A stretch of 64,000 nucleotides of DNA from an uncultured Clostridium sp. (GTDB lineage Bacteria > Bacillota > Clostridia > TANB77 > CAG-508), in assembly GCA_900553125.1 (NCBI GenBank), contig USCB01000007.1, positions 508 to 64,507 of the forward strand. The letters run 5' to 3'. Positions 9,857 through 21,944 of this stretch are shown here, piece after piece. The position numbers were made by a program, and so were the translations under genes. The notes beneath the pieces were generated by a model that ran no database searches, was not told the origin of the DNA, and saw nothing but the letters and a program-made list of their open reading frames with translations. The number at the start of each line of letters is the position of its first letter. The first letter of the stretch is position 1.

Positions 9857-11503
9857 ATGAAAATCACATTTTTAGGAGCTGCAAAAACTGTTACAGGTTC
9901 AAATTATTTAGTAGAAGCAGCAGGAAAAAAATTTCTAGTCGACTGTGGAATGTATCAAGGTGCGGCAGAGGATGAATTTGATAATCTTGCACCATTTGAT
10001 TTTAATGTAAATGAAATTGATTTTATGTTATTAACACATGCACATATCGACCACTCAGGGAGAATACCCAAATTATATAATGAGGGATATAGAAATCCAG
10101 TATATGCACATAAAGCAACATGTGATTTGTGTAGTTTAATGTTGCCAGACAGTGGACATATTCAAGAAATGGAAATTGAATGGAAAAACAGAAAAAGAGA
10201 AAGAAGAGGAGAAAAAGCACTTCCTCCAATGTACACAGCAGAAGATGCGGCTAGATGTTTGGAGATTTTTAAAGAAGTTAGTTATGGTCAAATTTTAGAA
10301 ATAACACCAGAAATAAAAGTCAGATTTAATGATGCAGGACACATGCTAGGTTCAAGTATTATAGAAATTTGGGTAGAAGAATGTGGCAAAACAGAAAAAA
10401 TAGTATTTTCAGGCGATATTGGAAACAATGACATCCCATTACTTAGTGAACCTACAATGATAAGTGAAACAGATTATTTAGTAATGGAATCAACTTACGG
10501 AAACCGTCTTCATATAAGAAATGATGAAAAAGCAGCATTTTTCTTGAAAATAGTTTCAGAAACTTTAAATGGTGGAGGAAATGTAGTAATCCCATCATTT
10601 GCAGTTGGAAGAACTCAGGAAATTTTGTATGAACTAAATAAAATAAAAGAAAATACACAAGATGAAGAATTTATCAAAGAATATAAAACACTTATGCATG
10701 CACCTGTATATGTAGATAGCCCATTGGCAATTTCCGCAACAGAGGTGTTTAGAGAAAACATGGATTTATTTGATGATGAAACAAAAGCAGAAATTGAAAA
10801 AGGAGATAATCCACTAGAATTTCCAGGACTTCATTTTACAACAACAGCAGATGAATCAAAAGCATTAAATGAAAACAACATTCCGTCAATTATAATATCA
10901 GCAAGTGGAATGTGTGATGTTGGAAGAATAAAACATCATTTGAAACATAATTTATGGAATCCTAAAAACACGATATTATTTGTAGGATACCAAGCTCCAG
11001 GAACACTAGGGTATAGCATAGTAAATGGAGCAAAAAAAGTAAAAATATTTGGTGAAGAAATAGCAGTAAATGCTAGAATTGAATATATAGAAGGATACTC
11101 AGGTCATGCCGACCAAGAGGGATTAATGAATTTTGTATATTCATTTAATGGTCAAAAACCTAAACATATATTTTTAATACATGGAGAAGAACAATCTGAA
11201 GAGGCTTTAAAAGAAAAAATAGTAGATGAGGTTAAAATACCAGTTACTATACCAAGTTATGGAGAAACTTATGATGTTAAGGAAATGCCAGAGTTGTTAT
11301 CAACTATTAAGACTCATAAACCTAAGACTATTAAAGCTGAAATTGTTCAAAGACTTTCTAGGTTGCAATCTCAAATTGATGATATGAAGGCTTCTGTTCA
11401 AGAAGATTTGGAAAATAATGATTTGAAAGATGAAGATATGTTCAGAATTAAAGAGAAGATGAAAGATTTAGAGCAAAGTATATTGAAAATTATAGAAGGG
11501 TAG
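9857..11503 (+). CDS. MBL-fold beta-CASP ribonuclease-like protein
   Basis: HAHIDHSG (HxHxDH), beta-CASP-type layout and a C-terminal coiled-coil tail. Confidence 0.8.
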   Translation: MKITFLGAAKTVTGSNYLVEAAGKKFLVDCGMYQGAAEDEFDNLAPFDFNVNEIDFMLLTHAHIDHSGRIPKLYNEGYRNPVYAHKATCDLCSLMLPDSGHIQEMEIEWKNRKRERRGEKALPPMYTAEDAARCLEIFKEVSYGQILEITPEIKVRFNDAGHMLGSSIIEIWVEECGKTEKIVFSGDIGNNDIPLLSEPTMISETDYLVMESTYGNRLHIRNDEKAAFFLKIVSETLNGGGNVVIPSFAVGRTQEILYELNKIKENTQDEEFIKEYKTLMHAPVYVDSPLAISATEVFRENMDLFDDETKAEIEKGDNPLEFPGLHFTTTADESKALNENNIPSIIISASGMCDVGRIKHHLKHNLWNPKNTILFVGYQAPGTLGYSIVNGAKKVKIFGEEIAVNARIEYIEGYSGHADQEGLMNFVYSFNGQKPKHIFLIHGEEQSEEALKEKIVDEVKIPVTIPSYGETYDVKEMPELLSTIKTHKPKTIKAEIVQRLSRLQSQIDDMKASVQEDLENNDLKDEDMFRIKEKMKDLEQSILKIIEG

Positions 11504-11511
11504 GCGACTAC

Positions 11512-11592
11512 CGCTGGTGGGACCATTGGGGTCGGTTCTTTTTGGCCCATAAATGGGACCAAAAAGAACCGACCCCAATGGTCCCACCAGCG
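11512..11592. repeat. REP-like GC-rich palindrome, 81 nt, about 35-bp arms
   Basis: cgctggtgggaccattggggtcggttctttttgg..ccaaaaagaaccgaccccaatggtcccaccagcg. Confidence 0.9.
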
Positions 11593-11629
11593 ACACAAGA
11601 TATTACCTAAAACGAAAGGATAAAATAAA

Positions 11630-13525
11630 ATGGAAAAATACTTAAATGAAGCAATAATAGGAAACAAAAATGTACTAGCAACATTTACAGGAAAAGGAGA
11701 GCTACAAAGACTATACTTCCCAGGAAGAAGTATAAGGCAATATATAGACTTCAGTCATGTTGGAGTAAAAATAAATGATTCAGATTTAATCTATTTACAT
11801 GATGATATAAACAACATATATAAACAATACTATGACATAGATACAAACATATTAAATACAGAAATAACAAATACTTATTTTGAATTAAAAATTCTACAGA
11901 CAGATTTTGTTCCTATAAAAGAAAATGTATTAGTAAGAAGATACACATTAATAAATGAAAATACAATAGACCTTAATATAAAGTTTTTAATACATCAAGG
12001 AATACTATCAAGTACAAATAATTTTGTGGGATGTAAAGAAATTGATAATGGAATGGTACAATATGCACATGATTTTATGATATCAACATTTAGTAAAGAA
12101 CAAAAAACATTATCACACCAAATTCATGGAAGTTGGAACAATATAAAATCAGGTGAAATTTGGGACAAAGATTATATAGGAATGTCAAACGAATCTTCAA
12201 TTTCATATGACTTAGAAGTAATAAGACCAGGAGAGAAAAAGCAGATTGATATATGTGTTTTATTAGAGCCACAACCAAAAATCATGGCAGATTTTGAAAC
12301 AGAAATAGAAAGAATAAGAAGAATAGATTTTAATTCTGAATACACAAAAACAAAAGCATATTGGAGAAAATATGTAAAATCACATGATAAATTAAATATG
12401 AGAGAACCTAAAAGTAGTTATGAAGAAAAACTAGCAGATATTTATTATAGGACGATATTATTATTTCCACTATTGACAAATTCAGAAACAGGAGGAATAA
12501 TTGCATCTGCTGAAATTGACGAAAACTTTACAAAATGTGGAAGATATGCATACACTTGGCCAAGAGATGCAGTATTTATTAATAAAGCAATGGATATTTT
12601 AGGAATGGATGAGGAAGTTGATAGATTTTATAAAGTATTTTGCAAAAAAACACAGAGCAAAAATGGAATGTGGGAGCAAAGATTTTTTTCAGATGGCAAA
12701 TTAGCTCCATGTTGGGGATATCAAGTTGATGAAACTGCAAGTGTAGTATATGGAGTATATTCACATTATCAATATACAAAAGATGAGAAATTTTTAAAAG
12801 AAACATTATCGATGTGTGAAAAAGCAATAGATTTTTTGAAGAGATATGTTAAAGATATATTGGAGAGAACAAACAAATATCACGTAAGTTATGATTTATG
12901 GGAAATGTGTGAGGGCATTCATTTATATTCACTTTCTTGCATATATGCTGCTTTTGAATCAATATTAAAAATATATAAGGCTTTAGGGAAAAATGTATCT
13001 GATTTTGAAAATAATAGGTTAAAAGATGAAAAAATTCAAAAATCAAAGTTAGAAATAGAAAGACTTTTAGTTGAAATTAAAAAATATATAGATGAAAATA
13101 TGTATGATGAAGAAAAAAAATCTTATGTAAGAAATGTAGAAGATAAAAAGATGGATATAAGTATAGTGGGGGCAGTTACACCATTTAATGTATTTACGCC
13201 AAAAGAAAAAAATGTGTTAAACACAATAGAAAGAATAAACTTGAGTTTACGTACATATACAGGTGGATTCCAAAGATTTGAAGGAGACCATTATATGAAT
13301 GGAAATCCTTGGCCAATTGCAAATATGTGGATGACTTTATACTATTTAGAAAAAGGTGAAAAAACAAAAGCAAAAGAAACATTTGACTTTGTTGTAAAGA
13401 CAGTAAGTAAATTAAATTTCATAGGTGAACAAGTAGATAATAACAATTTAATGGCAAATTGGGTTATTGGTCTTGGATGGAGCCATGCGATGTTCATATT
13501 AGTTTTGGAACAAATATTGAGGTAA
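11630..13525 (+). CDS. Glycoside hydrolase family 15 (glucoamylase/glucodextranase-like)
   Basis: YTWPRDA motif, with size and layout typical of bacterial GH15. Confidence 0.75.
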   Translation: MEKYLNEAIIGNKNVLATFTGKGELQRLYFPGRSIRQYIDFSHVGVKINDSDLIYLHDDINNIYKQYYDIDTNILNTEITNTYFELKILQTDFVPIKENVLVRRYTLINENTIDLNIKFLIHQGILSSTNNFVGCKEIDNGMVQYAHDFMISTFSKEQKTLSHQIHGSWNNIKSGEIWDKDYIGMSNESSISYDLEVIRPGEKKQIDICVLLEPQPKIMADFETEIERIRRIDFNSEYTKTKAYWRKYVKSHDKLNMREPKSSYEEKLADIYYRTILLFPLLTNSETGGIIASAEIDENFTKCGRYAYTWPRDAVFINKAMDILGMDEEVDRFYKVFCKKTQSKNGMWEQRFFSDGKLAPCWGYQVDETASVVYGVYSHYQYTKDEKFLKETLSMCEKAIDFLKRYVKDILERTNKYHVSYDLWEMCEGIHLYSLSCIYAAFESILKIYKALGKNVSDFENNRLKDEKIQKSKLEIERLLVEIKKYIDENMYDEEKKSYVRNVEDKKMDISIVGAVTPFNVFTPKEKNVLNTIERINLSLRTYTGGFQRFEGDHYMNGNPWPIANMWMTLYYLEKGEKTKAKETFDFVVKTVSKLNFIGEQVDNNNLMANWVIGLGWSHAMFILVLEQILR

Positions 13526-13541
13526 GAAGGAGGCTTTCTTT

Positions 13542-14033
13542 ATGTTAAAAAAAGATAAAGGAATAACAATAATCTCTTTAGTAATTACTGTAATTATTTT
13601 AGTTGTTTTAGGTTCTATTGCCACATATAGCGGAGTTTCTACTGTAAAGGAATCACATTTTTACAATGGAGTTCAGCAAATGAAAATAATGCAATCAAAA
13701 GTAAATGAATGGTATGAACAAAAAAAAGATGGTAATACGACTGAATGGGATAAAGGGCAAAAAATGAATGAGATTAGCAATTTAGACCAATGTACAAAAG
13801 CTTTTTATAGTGTAAAACAATCAGGGAATCCTGGCAAGATTGAAAAATATAGATATTTTAGCAAGGAATGTATAACTAATGATTTGAGTATAGATGGAAT
13901 AACATATGATTTTATGATAAATGTAGAAAATAGATATGTTATATTAGTTGATGGAATTGAAAGAGATAATAAAACATATTATTATTTAGGAGAAATTGAT
14001 GGAGAACAGTATAATGTAGATTATACAGAATAA
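13542..14033 (+). CDS. Pilin-like (prepilin-type N-terminal helix) secreted protein
   Basis: N-terminus KGITIISLVITVIILVVLGSIA resembles the class III signal/methylation segment, but Ser replaces the usual Glu5. Confidence 0.55.
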   Translation: MLKKDKGITIISLVITVIILVVLGSIATYSGVSTVKESHFYNGVQQMKIMQSKVNEWYEQKKDGNTTEWDKGQKMNEISNLDQCTKAFYSVKQSGNPGKIEKYRYFSKECITNDLSIDGITYDFMINVENRYVILVDGIERDNKTYYYLGEIDGEQYNVDYTE

Positions 14034-14060
14034 AATGAAATAAAAAAGGAGTAGAAAAAA

Positions 14061-14870
14061 ATGACAGATATAATACATGCGTTAATTTTGGGTATAGTTC
14101 AAGGATTAACTGAATTTTTACCAGTGTCAAGTTCGGCACATTTAAATTTATTTCCATGGGTGTTTGGATGGGAAACGATATCAGATTCGTTTGATGTTGC
14201 ACTTCACTTAGGAACACTTTTGGCAATAATATTATTCTTTTACAAAGATTGGATAAAATTAATAAAAGGTGGATATAACCAAGTAGTTCACAAGAAAAAA
14301 ACAACAGATGGAAGAATGTTTTGGTACATAGTTTTTGCAACAATTCCAGCAGGAATATTAAGTTTAATATTAGATAAAATATCAGAAAAAATTATAGGTG
14401 ATAACTTAAATGTAGAAATGCTAATAATTGCTATAACATTAATTGTAATGGGTATAATTTTATATGTTGTGGATAAAAAAGCAAAATCAAATGTAAAATA
14501 TGAAAAAATAACTTTTAAACAATCTATGCTAATTGGTATATCACAAGCTTTTGCTGCAGCCTTTCCAGGAGTTTCACGTTCTGGAATTACAATGACAGTT
14601 GCAAGAGCCTTAAATATTGATAGAGAATCAGCTGCTAAATATTCATTTATGTTAGCTGCACCTATTACATTTGCAGCAGTTGTGTTTGATTTGGCAAACT
14701 TTACTTTCGGATTACCTTTCTTAGTTGGTGTAATTGCAAGCTTTATTGTTGGTGTTTTAATTATAAAATTCTTGCTTGATTATTTGAAAAAAGGTAGCTT
14801 TAAAGTGTTTGCTATTTATAGAGTAATTATTGGAATAATTGTTATTGGGTTGTTCTTTACAAGAATGTAG
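14061..14870 (+). CDS. uppP: Undecaprenyl-diphosphate phosphatase
   Basis: GIVQGLTEFLPVSSSAHL and PGVSRSG motifs; polytopic membrane protein. Confidence 0.93.
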   Translation: MTDIIHALILGIVQGLTEFLPVSSSAHLNLFPWVFGWETISDSFDVALHLGTLLAIILFFYKDWIKLIKGGYNQVVHKKKTTDGRMFWYIVFATIPAGILSLILDKISEKIIGDNLNVEMLIIAITLIVMGIILYVVDKKAKSNVKYEKITFKQSMLIGISQAFAAAFPGVSRSGITMTVARALNIDRESAAKYSFMLAAPITFAAVVFDLANFTFGLPFLVGVIASFIVGVLIIKFLLDYLKKGSFKVFAIYRVIIGIIVIGLFFTRM

Positions 14871-14946
14871 TTTGTCGAATTTTGTCAAACGATTTTTGGA
14901 AAAGATTTGAAAAAAGTATTGCAAAAATTTTTATTTTTAGTATAAT
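14871..14946 (+). promoter_or_regulatory. Conserved module A: tandem TTTGTCGAA boxes plus a TTGCAA-N16-TATAAT promoter
   Basis: Alignable over roughly 75 nt with 46579-46655 and 51585-51661. Confidence 0.6.
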
Positions 14947-14952
14947 AGAAGT

Positions 14953-15055
14953 ATAAATTCGTATTCATAATTTAACCAATGAAGGTGAAAATTAGAGGGT
15001 ACACAAAGTACCCAAAAACAAAAAAACGGTATCCTGGTGGAAGATACCGTTTTTC
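14953..15055 (+). ncRNA. Putative small RNA A (orphan antitoxin-like RNA); ends are estimates
   Basis: Consensus-like promoter upstream. An intrinsic terminator (acggtatc..gataccgt + TTTT) lies at 15026-15054. There is no RBS or credible ORF. Confidence 0.4.
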
Positions 15056-15160
15056 TTTAATGGAAAAAATCCATTATACAACAAAAATCCCCAAACATTT
15101 GTCGAACCGTGTCGATGAAAAATAAAAATTTTTTAGCAAATACCTATTGACAATTGGTAA

Positions 15161-15505
<345 letters not shown>

Positions 15506-15539
15506 TAAAAAGGTTTATAGGTAGCCTATAAAAACCTAA

Positions 15540-17201
<1,662 letters not shown>

Positions 17202-17205
17202 AAAT

Positions 17206-17248
17206 AAAAAAACAAGCAATTTGCATTAAAACAAATTGCTTGTTTTTT
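17206..17248 (+). terminator. Intrinsic terminator after groEL
   Basis: Stem acaagcaattt/aaattgcttgt followed by T6. Confidence 0.85.
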
Positions 17249-17314
17249 GATAAATCTCTTGATTTTTATACTAATGTGTACTAAAATAGGTACATAAAAA
17301 GAAGAAAAAAGTTT

Positions 17315-17575
17315 TTATGCTTCATAGTATTTATCAGTATCAGAATATAAATCATTTAAAGTTATATTTAAAACCTTACAAAAAGCAAGAGCCTCAAAGT
17401 CTTTAACCGTTTTTTTGCCATATTCAATTTCGTATATATCGCAAATATACATAGTTACACCTAACAAATCAAGCTTTTTGCATAATTCTGGCTGAGAAAT
17501 TTTTTGCTGTTTTCGGTATTTCCTTAAATTTTTTCCGATTATATTTAGATTTCCATTTAGTGTTTTTACTTTCAT
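17315..17575 (-). CDS. XRE-family helix-turn-helix regulator (86 aa)
   Basis: IGKNLRKYRKQQKISQPELCKKL.. is a typical HTH_3 segment. Confidence 0.8.
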   Translation of the reverse strand: MKVKTLNGNLNIIGKNLRKYRKQQKISQPELCKKLDLLGVTMYICDIYEIEYGKKTVKDFEALAFCKVLNITLNDLYSDTDKYYEA

Positions 17576-17643
17576 ATTTTTTACCTCGATTATTATTAAA
17601 TTTAAAGTTTAATTCAAATTTTATAATAAATAGTTCAAACACG

Positions 17644-17662
17644 TTACAGTATCATACTGTAA
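17644..17662. promoter_or_regulatory. Perfect 9-bp inverted repeat, candidate operator in the XRE/helicase divergent region
   Basis: TTACAGTAT-c-ATACTGTAA. Confidence 0.4.
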
Positions 17663-17864
17663 ATGTTATATTTTTATGTCATTAATAATAAAAATTCGAT
17701 TATTTTATATTTAAAGAAATAATAATTATTTTATAATGAATTAAATTCCAGAAAATATAGTTGTAACTCATTATAAAATCTAAAACTATAGTATTATTTG
17801 TTGAGAAAAAAGAAATTTTATGATATAAAATAAATAGTATAATCAGATGTAACATAGGAAAATT

Positions 17865-20800
17865 ATGAAGAAAACTGATGTTAAAAATGGAGTAATAATG
17901 GACGTAAATAAATATTTAGTAATTATAAAAAATGAAGATAAAACAGAAGATATTGTTAGTTATGAAAATAATAAAAATCTTATAAATATAAAATATAAAA
18001 ACTCAGAAAAAGTATATACTTATTCAAAAAGTGACTTCAAACTATATAAGAACCCTAATGAAATAAATATAAAAGACAAAAAAATAATTTTAAATCAAGG
18101 GTATGTATATAATATTATAAAAATATTAAAATTTGAAAGTATTTGTAAAATCTTTTTTAAAGACGGTACATATATTGTGGTTTCTGCATATAATTTACAA
18201 TTAGTAAAAAATGATGAGCCTCAAGCATTATCAATAAATAAATTTGATTACTATAAGGAAATTTCTGAGGTTGTAAGTGTAAAAACAGAAAGTGGAAAAT
18301 CAATACTTACAGAGGAATATGAAGAAATTAATTTTATATCTAAAGATACGGCTTTATATAAATATTTAAATCCTAAAAAAGGCATAAAAAAGATGAATAA
18401 GGAGTTAAGTGATATTATCTTTCCTTTTGGAGCAAATAAGTCACAATTTCAAGCAGTAAAAAATGCTATGAGTAACCAAATAAGTATAATAGAAGGACCA
18501 CCGGGGACAGGAAAAACTCAAACAATATTAAATATAATTGCAAATATAGTAAAAAATGGACAAACAGTTGCAGTTGTTTCAAACAATAATGCTGCAACAG
18601 ATAATGTATATGAAAAATTACAAAAATATAATTTGGATTATCTATGTGCAAGATTAGGAAATAGGGAAAATAGAAAAGAATTTATATATAATCAAACAGG
18701 AAAATATCCTATATTTGAAGAAGAGTTGGAAAACGAAGATTTTATACAAAATGAAATATTAGAACTAAATCAAAATATTACGAATATGTTTGACATTCAA
18801 AATGACATAGCTAAATTAAAAGAAGAATTAAATGAGATAAAACTACAACATCAATATTTTAATAAACATCATGAGAATAATACAAACATTCCTAAAATTA
18901 GAAGCATAAAAAATATAACATCTAAAAAAATAATGAAATTGAAAGTGGAATATGAAGAGTTACCAAAAGCAAATCTATGGTTTAGAATAAAATCTCAATT
19001 TTTATATGGAATAGGAACAAGAGAGTTTTATAATAGAAAGAGAGAAGATATAATAAATTGTTATAATAGAGTATTTTTTATAGTAAAAGAAATGGAATTA
19101 GAAAATACAATAAAAAATAAAAATAAACAATTAAAACAATTTGGGGATAACAAGTTGAATATATTAGTAGATGATTCTATGAAAATATTAAATGAGTATA
19201 TTATAATGGACGAATCATCACAGGTAGATTTAATTACAGGGGTTTTAGCTTTATCTGTAGCAAAAAATGCTGTAATTGTAGGAGATTTAAAACAATTACC
19301 TAATGTTATTACAACAGATAATAAAAAAAATACAAGAAATTTCAAGAAAATATATGATACCAAATAATTATGACTATTTACAACATAGTTTTTTGTCATC
19401 TGTAAGTAATGCAATAACAGATGCACCAAGGAAATTATTACAAGAGCATTATAGATGTCATCCAAAAATCATAGAATTTTGTAATAAAAAATTTTACGAT
19501 GGGAATTTGATAATAATGACTGAAGATAAAGGAGAAAAAATGTTCTGGAGGCATATATTTCAGCAAAAGGTAATCATGCTAGAGGGCATAAGAATATTAG
19601 ACAAATAGATATTATAGAGGAAGAAATTGTACCAAATCTTACAGAAGAGATAAATATAAGAGATATAGGGGTGATTTCTCCATATAGAGAACAAAAGAAA
19701 GAATTGGAAACGAGATTTGGAACAGAACTAAAGGTTGATACAGTACATAAATTTCAAGGGAGAGAAGAACAAGCAATAATATTAACAACGGTAGATAATT
19801 AAATAGGAGAATTTCTTGATGATCCTAAAATGTTAAATGTTGCTGTAACAAGAGCAAAAAGATTTTTAAGAGTAGTTGTATCAGATAATGAAAATAATGT
19901 TGGTACTAATATAGATGATTTAATAAAATATATTCAATATAACAATTTTGAAGTAATCGAAAGTAAAACAAAATCAATATATGATATGCTATATAAGGAA
20001 AATAGAAAGCAACGTATGGAATATTTGAAGAATAAAAATAGAATATCTGATTATGATTCAGAGAATCTAACATATAACTTGATAGAGGAAGTTATAAAAG
20101 AAAATAATTTTGATAATTTGGATATAGTTGTTCATATCCCATTGATAGATGTTTTAGCAAATCAGGATTTATTAAATGAAGAAGAAAAATTGTATACAAA
20201 TAATGATTGGACACATATTGATTTTGTAATATTTAATAAAATGGATAAAAAAATGATTTTAGCTGTAGAGGTTGATGGGTATTATTATCATAAAGAAGGA
20301 ACGAAACAACAAGAAAGGGATAAATTGAAAGATAAGATACTAGAGAAATATGATGTTCCATTTGATATTGATGGATATATCATCTCAATTGATACTGGAA
20401 AAATAGATTCTGATTATATGAACACAAAATTTGAAAAATATCTAAGAGAATTAAATCAAGAAAATATAAGTGAAGAGGAATTGGAAAAGGCATTAAACGA
20501 ATTACATAGGTCATATTCATCTTTAAGTCAAACAGAACAGAAATATGCTCAGATATTTATTCACGATATACAAAGTGGAGGAGTTAGTATTGAAAAGGGG
20601 AGAACCTTTAGAGAATATATAACAGAATATATGCATAATGCAGAAATTGATCAAATCAGAAAAGTCGCGGAAATTTTTGGACTAGATGAAGAAAAATTAA
20701 GAAATATAATAAATTTGAAAGTAAATGAAAATAATATAAATGCTTTTGGAAGATTTGATGAGTTACTAAAAAGTGTTGACATGGAAAAAGCAAAGAATTA

Positions 20801-20924
20801 TTTAGAAAAGATATCTAATAGAGAATTATCAATGTTTGATGTAAATATTGAAATTGGAGAATTATTGAGAAAATTCATTTTGAGTAATGAATTTGATATT
20901 GATGACTATAAACTTAATATATAA
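17865..20924 (+). pseudogene. Decayed SF1 (Upf1/DNA2-like AAA_11/AAA_12) helicase fused to a DUF2726/REase-like domain and an HsdR-C-terminal-like tail
   Basis: GPPGTGKT, IIMDESSQ, GDLKQLPNV, YRCHPKI and NVAVTRAK motifs are spread over four frame pieces. The breaks are an A8 run (about 19323), an A6 run (about 19536) and an in-frame TAA at 19800-19802. Confidence 0.8.
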
Positions 20925-20927
20925 GGG

Positions 20928-20961
20928 AAAACAAGGCACTTTAAATGGTGTCTTGTTTTTT
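20928..20961 (+). terminator. Intrinsic terminator
   Basis: Stem aacaaggcac/gtgtcttgtt followed by T-run. Confidence 0.8.
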
Positions 20962-21057
20962 AGAATTATACATCTATTAACAATATTTAAAAATTTTTTT
21001 AATTTTTTTCAAAAAACACTTGCAAAATAATAAGAAGTGTATTAGAATTTAATCGAA

Positions 21058-21082
21058 GTGGAAAAAAGTGGTACAAAGTGGG
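21058..21082 (+). promoter_or_regulatory. MraZ-box array (three GTGG repeats with 10-nt phasing)
   Basis: aGTGGaaaaaaGTGGtacaaaGTGGGg just upstream of mraZ. This matches the known GTGGG-N5 repeat operator. Confidence 0.7.
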
Positions 21083-21095
21083 GTGAAATTTAACA

Positions 21096-21521
21096 ATGTT
21101 GATGGGTGAATACGAACATACCTTGGACGCCAAAGGCAGAATATCAATGCCAGCAAAGCTAAGAAAAGATATGGGAGATACATTTATACTAACAAAAGGA
21201 TTAGATGGATGTTTATTTGCTTTTTCGCAAGAAGAATGGTTAAATTTCGAAACAAAACTAAAAGCCTTACCACTATCAGACAAAAACGCAAGAAACTTTG
21301 TAAGATTTTTCTTAGCGGGAGCCACAGAATGTGAAATAGATAAACAAGGAAGATTTCTAATACCAATGAACCTAAGAACAGCAGCATCATTAGAAAAAGA
21401 GGCAGTAATTATAGGAGTAGGAACAAGATTAGAAATCTGGAATAAATCTATTTGGGAATCAAAAGATGCAGAAATTTCTGCTGAAGAAATAGCAGAAAAT
21501 ATGACAATGTTAGGTATATAA
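21096..21521 (+). CDS. mraZ: Transcriptional regulator MraZ
   Basis: Two DxxxR-type motifs, [10 protein letters not shown] and [10 protein letters not shown]. Confidence 0.95.
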   Translation: MLMGEYEHTLDAKGRISMPAKLRKDMGDTFILTKGLDGCLFAFSQEEWLNFETKLKALPLSDKNARNFVRFFLAGATECEIDKQGRFLIPMNLRTAASLEKEAVIIGVGTRLEIWNKSIWESKDAEISAEEIAENMTMLGI

Positions 21522-21944
21522 CCTTTTCATAAAAGAAAAGTTTATATAATAATCAAGAACTGAAAAATCAGGGAATGATTATGTTAAGAAAACAAAGGAA
21601 AAAAATACGAAAGAAAAAGATGCATAAGAAGAAAAAAAGAGAAACAAAAGAAAAATCCTTAAGGAAAAGTATACATATCTAAAAAGTATACAAAAGAAAA
21701 CCCTATTTCTTACAAAGGATGAAAGACCAAACAAAAGAAAAACATACCAAAGTAGAAATAAAACAAAAGAATATGTACAAACCTAAGAAAAAAATACATA
21801 GGATAGCATAGCAGTACATAAGAAATTTGAATACATAAGATGTAAAATTAGCAGCTGGTATTTTTTTATGATACTAGCTGCTAAAAAACATAAATCCCAG
21901 AAAGGAGAGGACTTATTTAATTTTATTAAATAGGTTAAGTAATT

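Noticed and set aside
14985-15137. 51-codon basic ORF on the + strand inside small RNA A (MKVKIRGYTKYPKTKKRYPGG...).
   Set aside because: It has no Shine-Dalgarno sequence, it spans an intrinsic terminator, and it is not conserved in modules B and C.
19316-19545. A-run frameshifts in the helicase considered as programmed slippage or phase variation.
   Set aside because: The same gene also has an in-frame TAA (19800-19802), and TAA is used as a genuine stop by many conserved genes here. Decay is the simplest reading. Phase variation of the A8 run cannot be fully excluded.
19800-19802. In-frame TAA considered as evidence of stop-codon reassignment.
   Set aside because: TAA terminates most conserved genes in the window at the expected positions (groEL, ffh, lysS and others).
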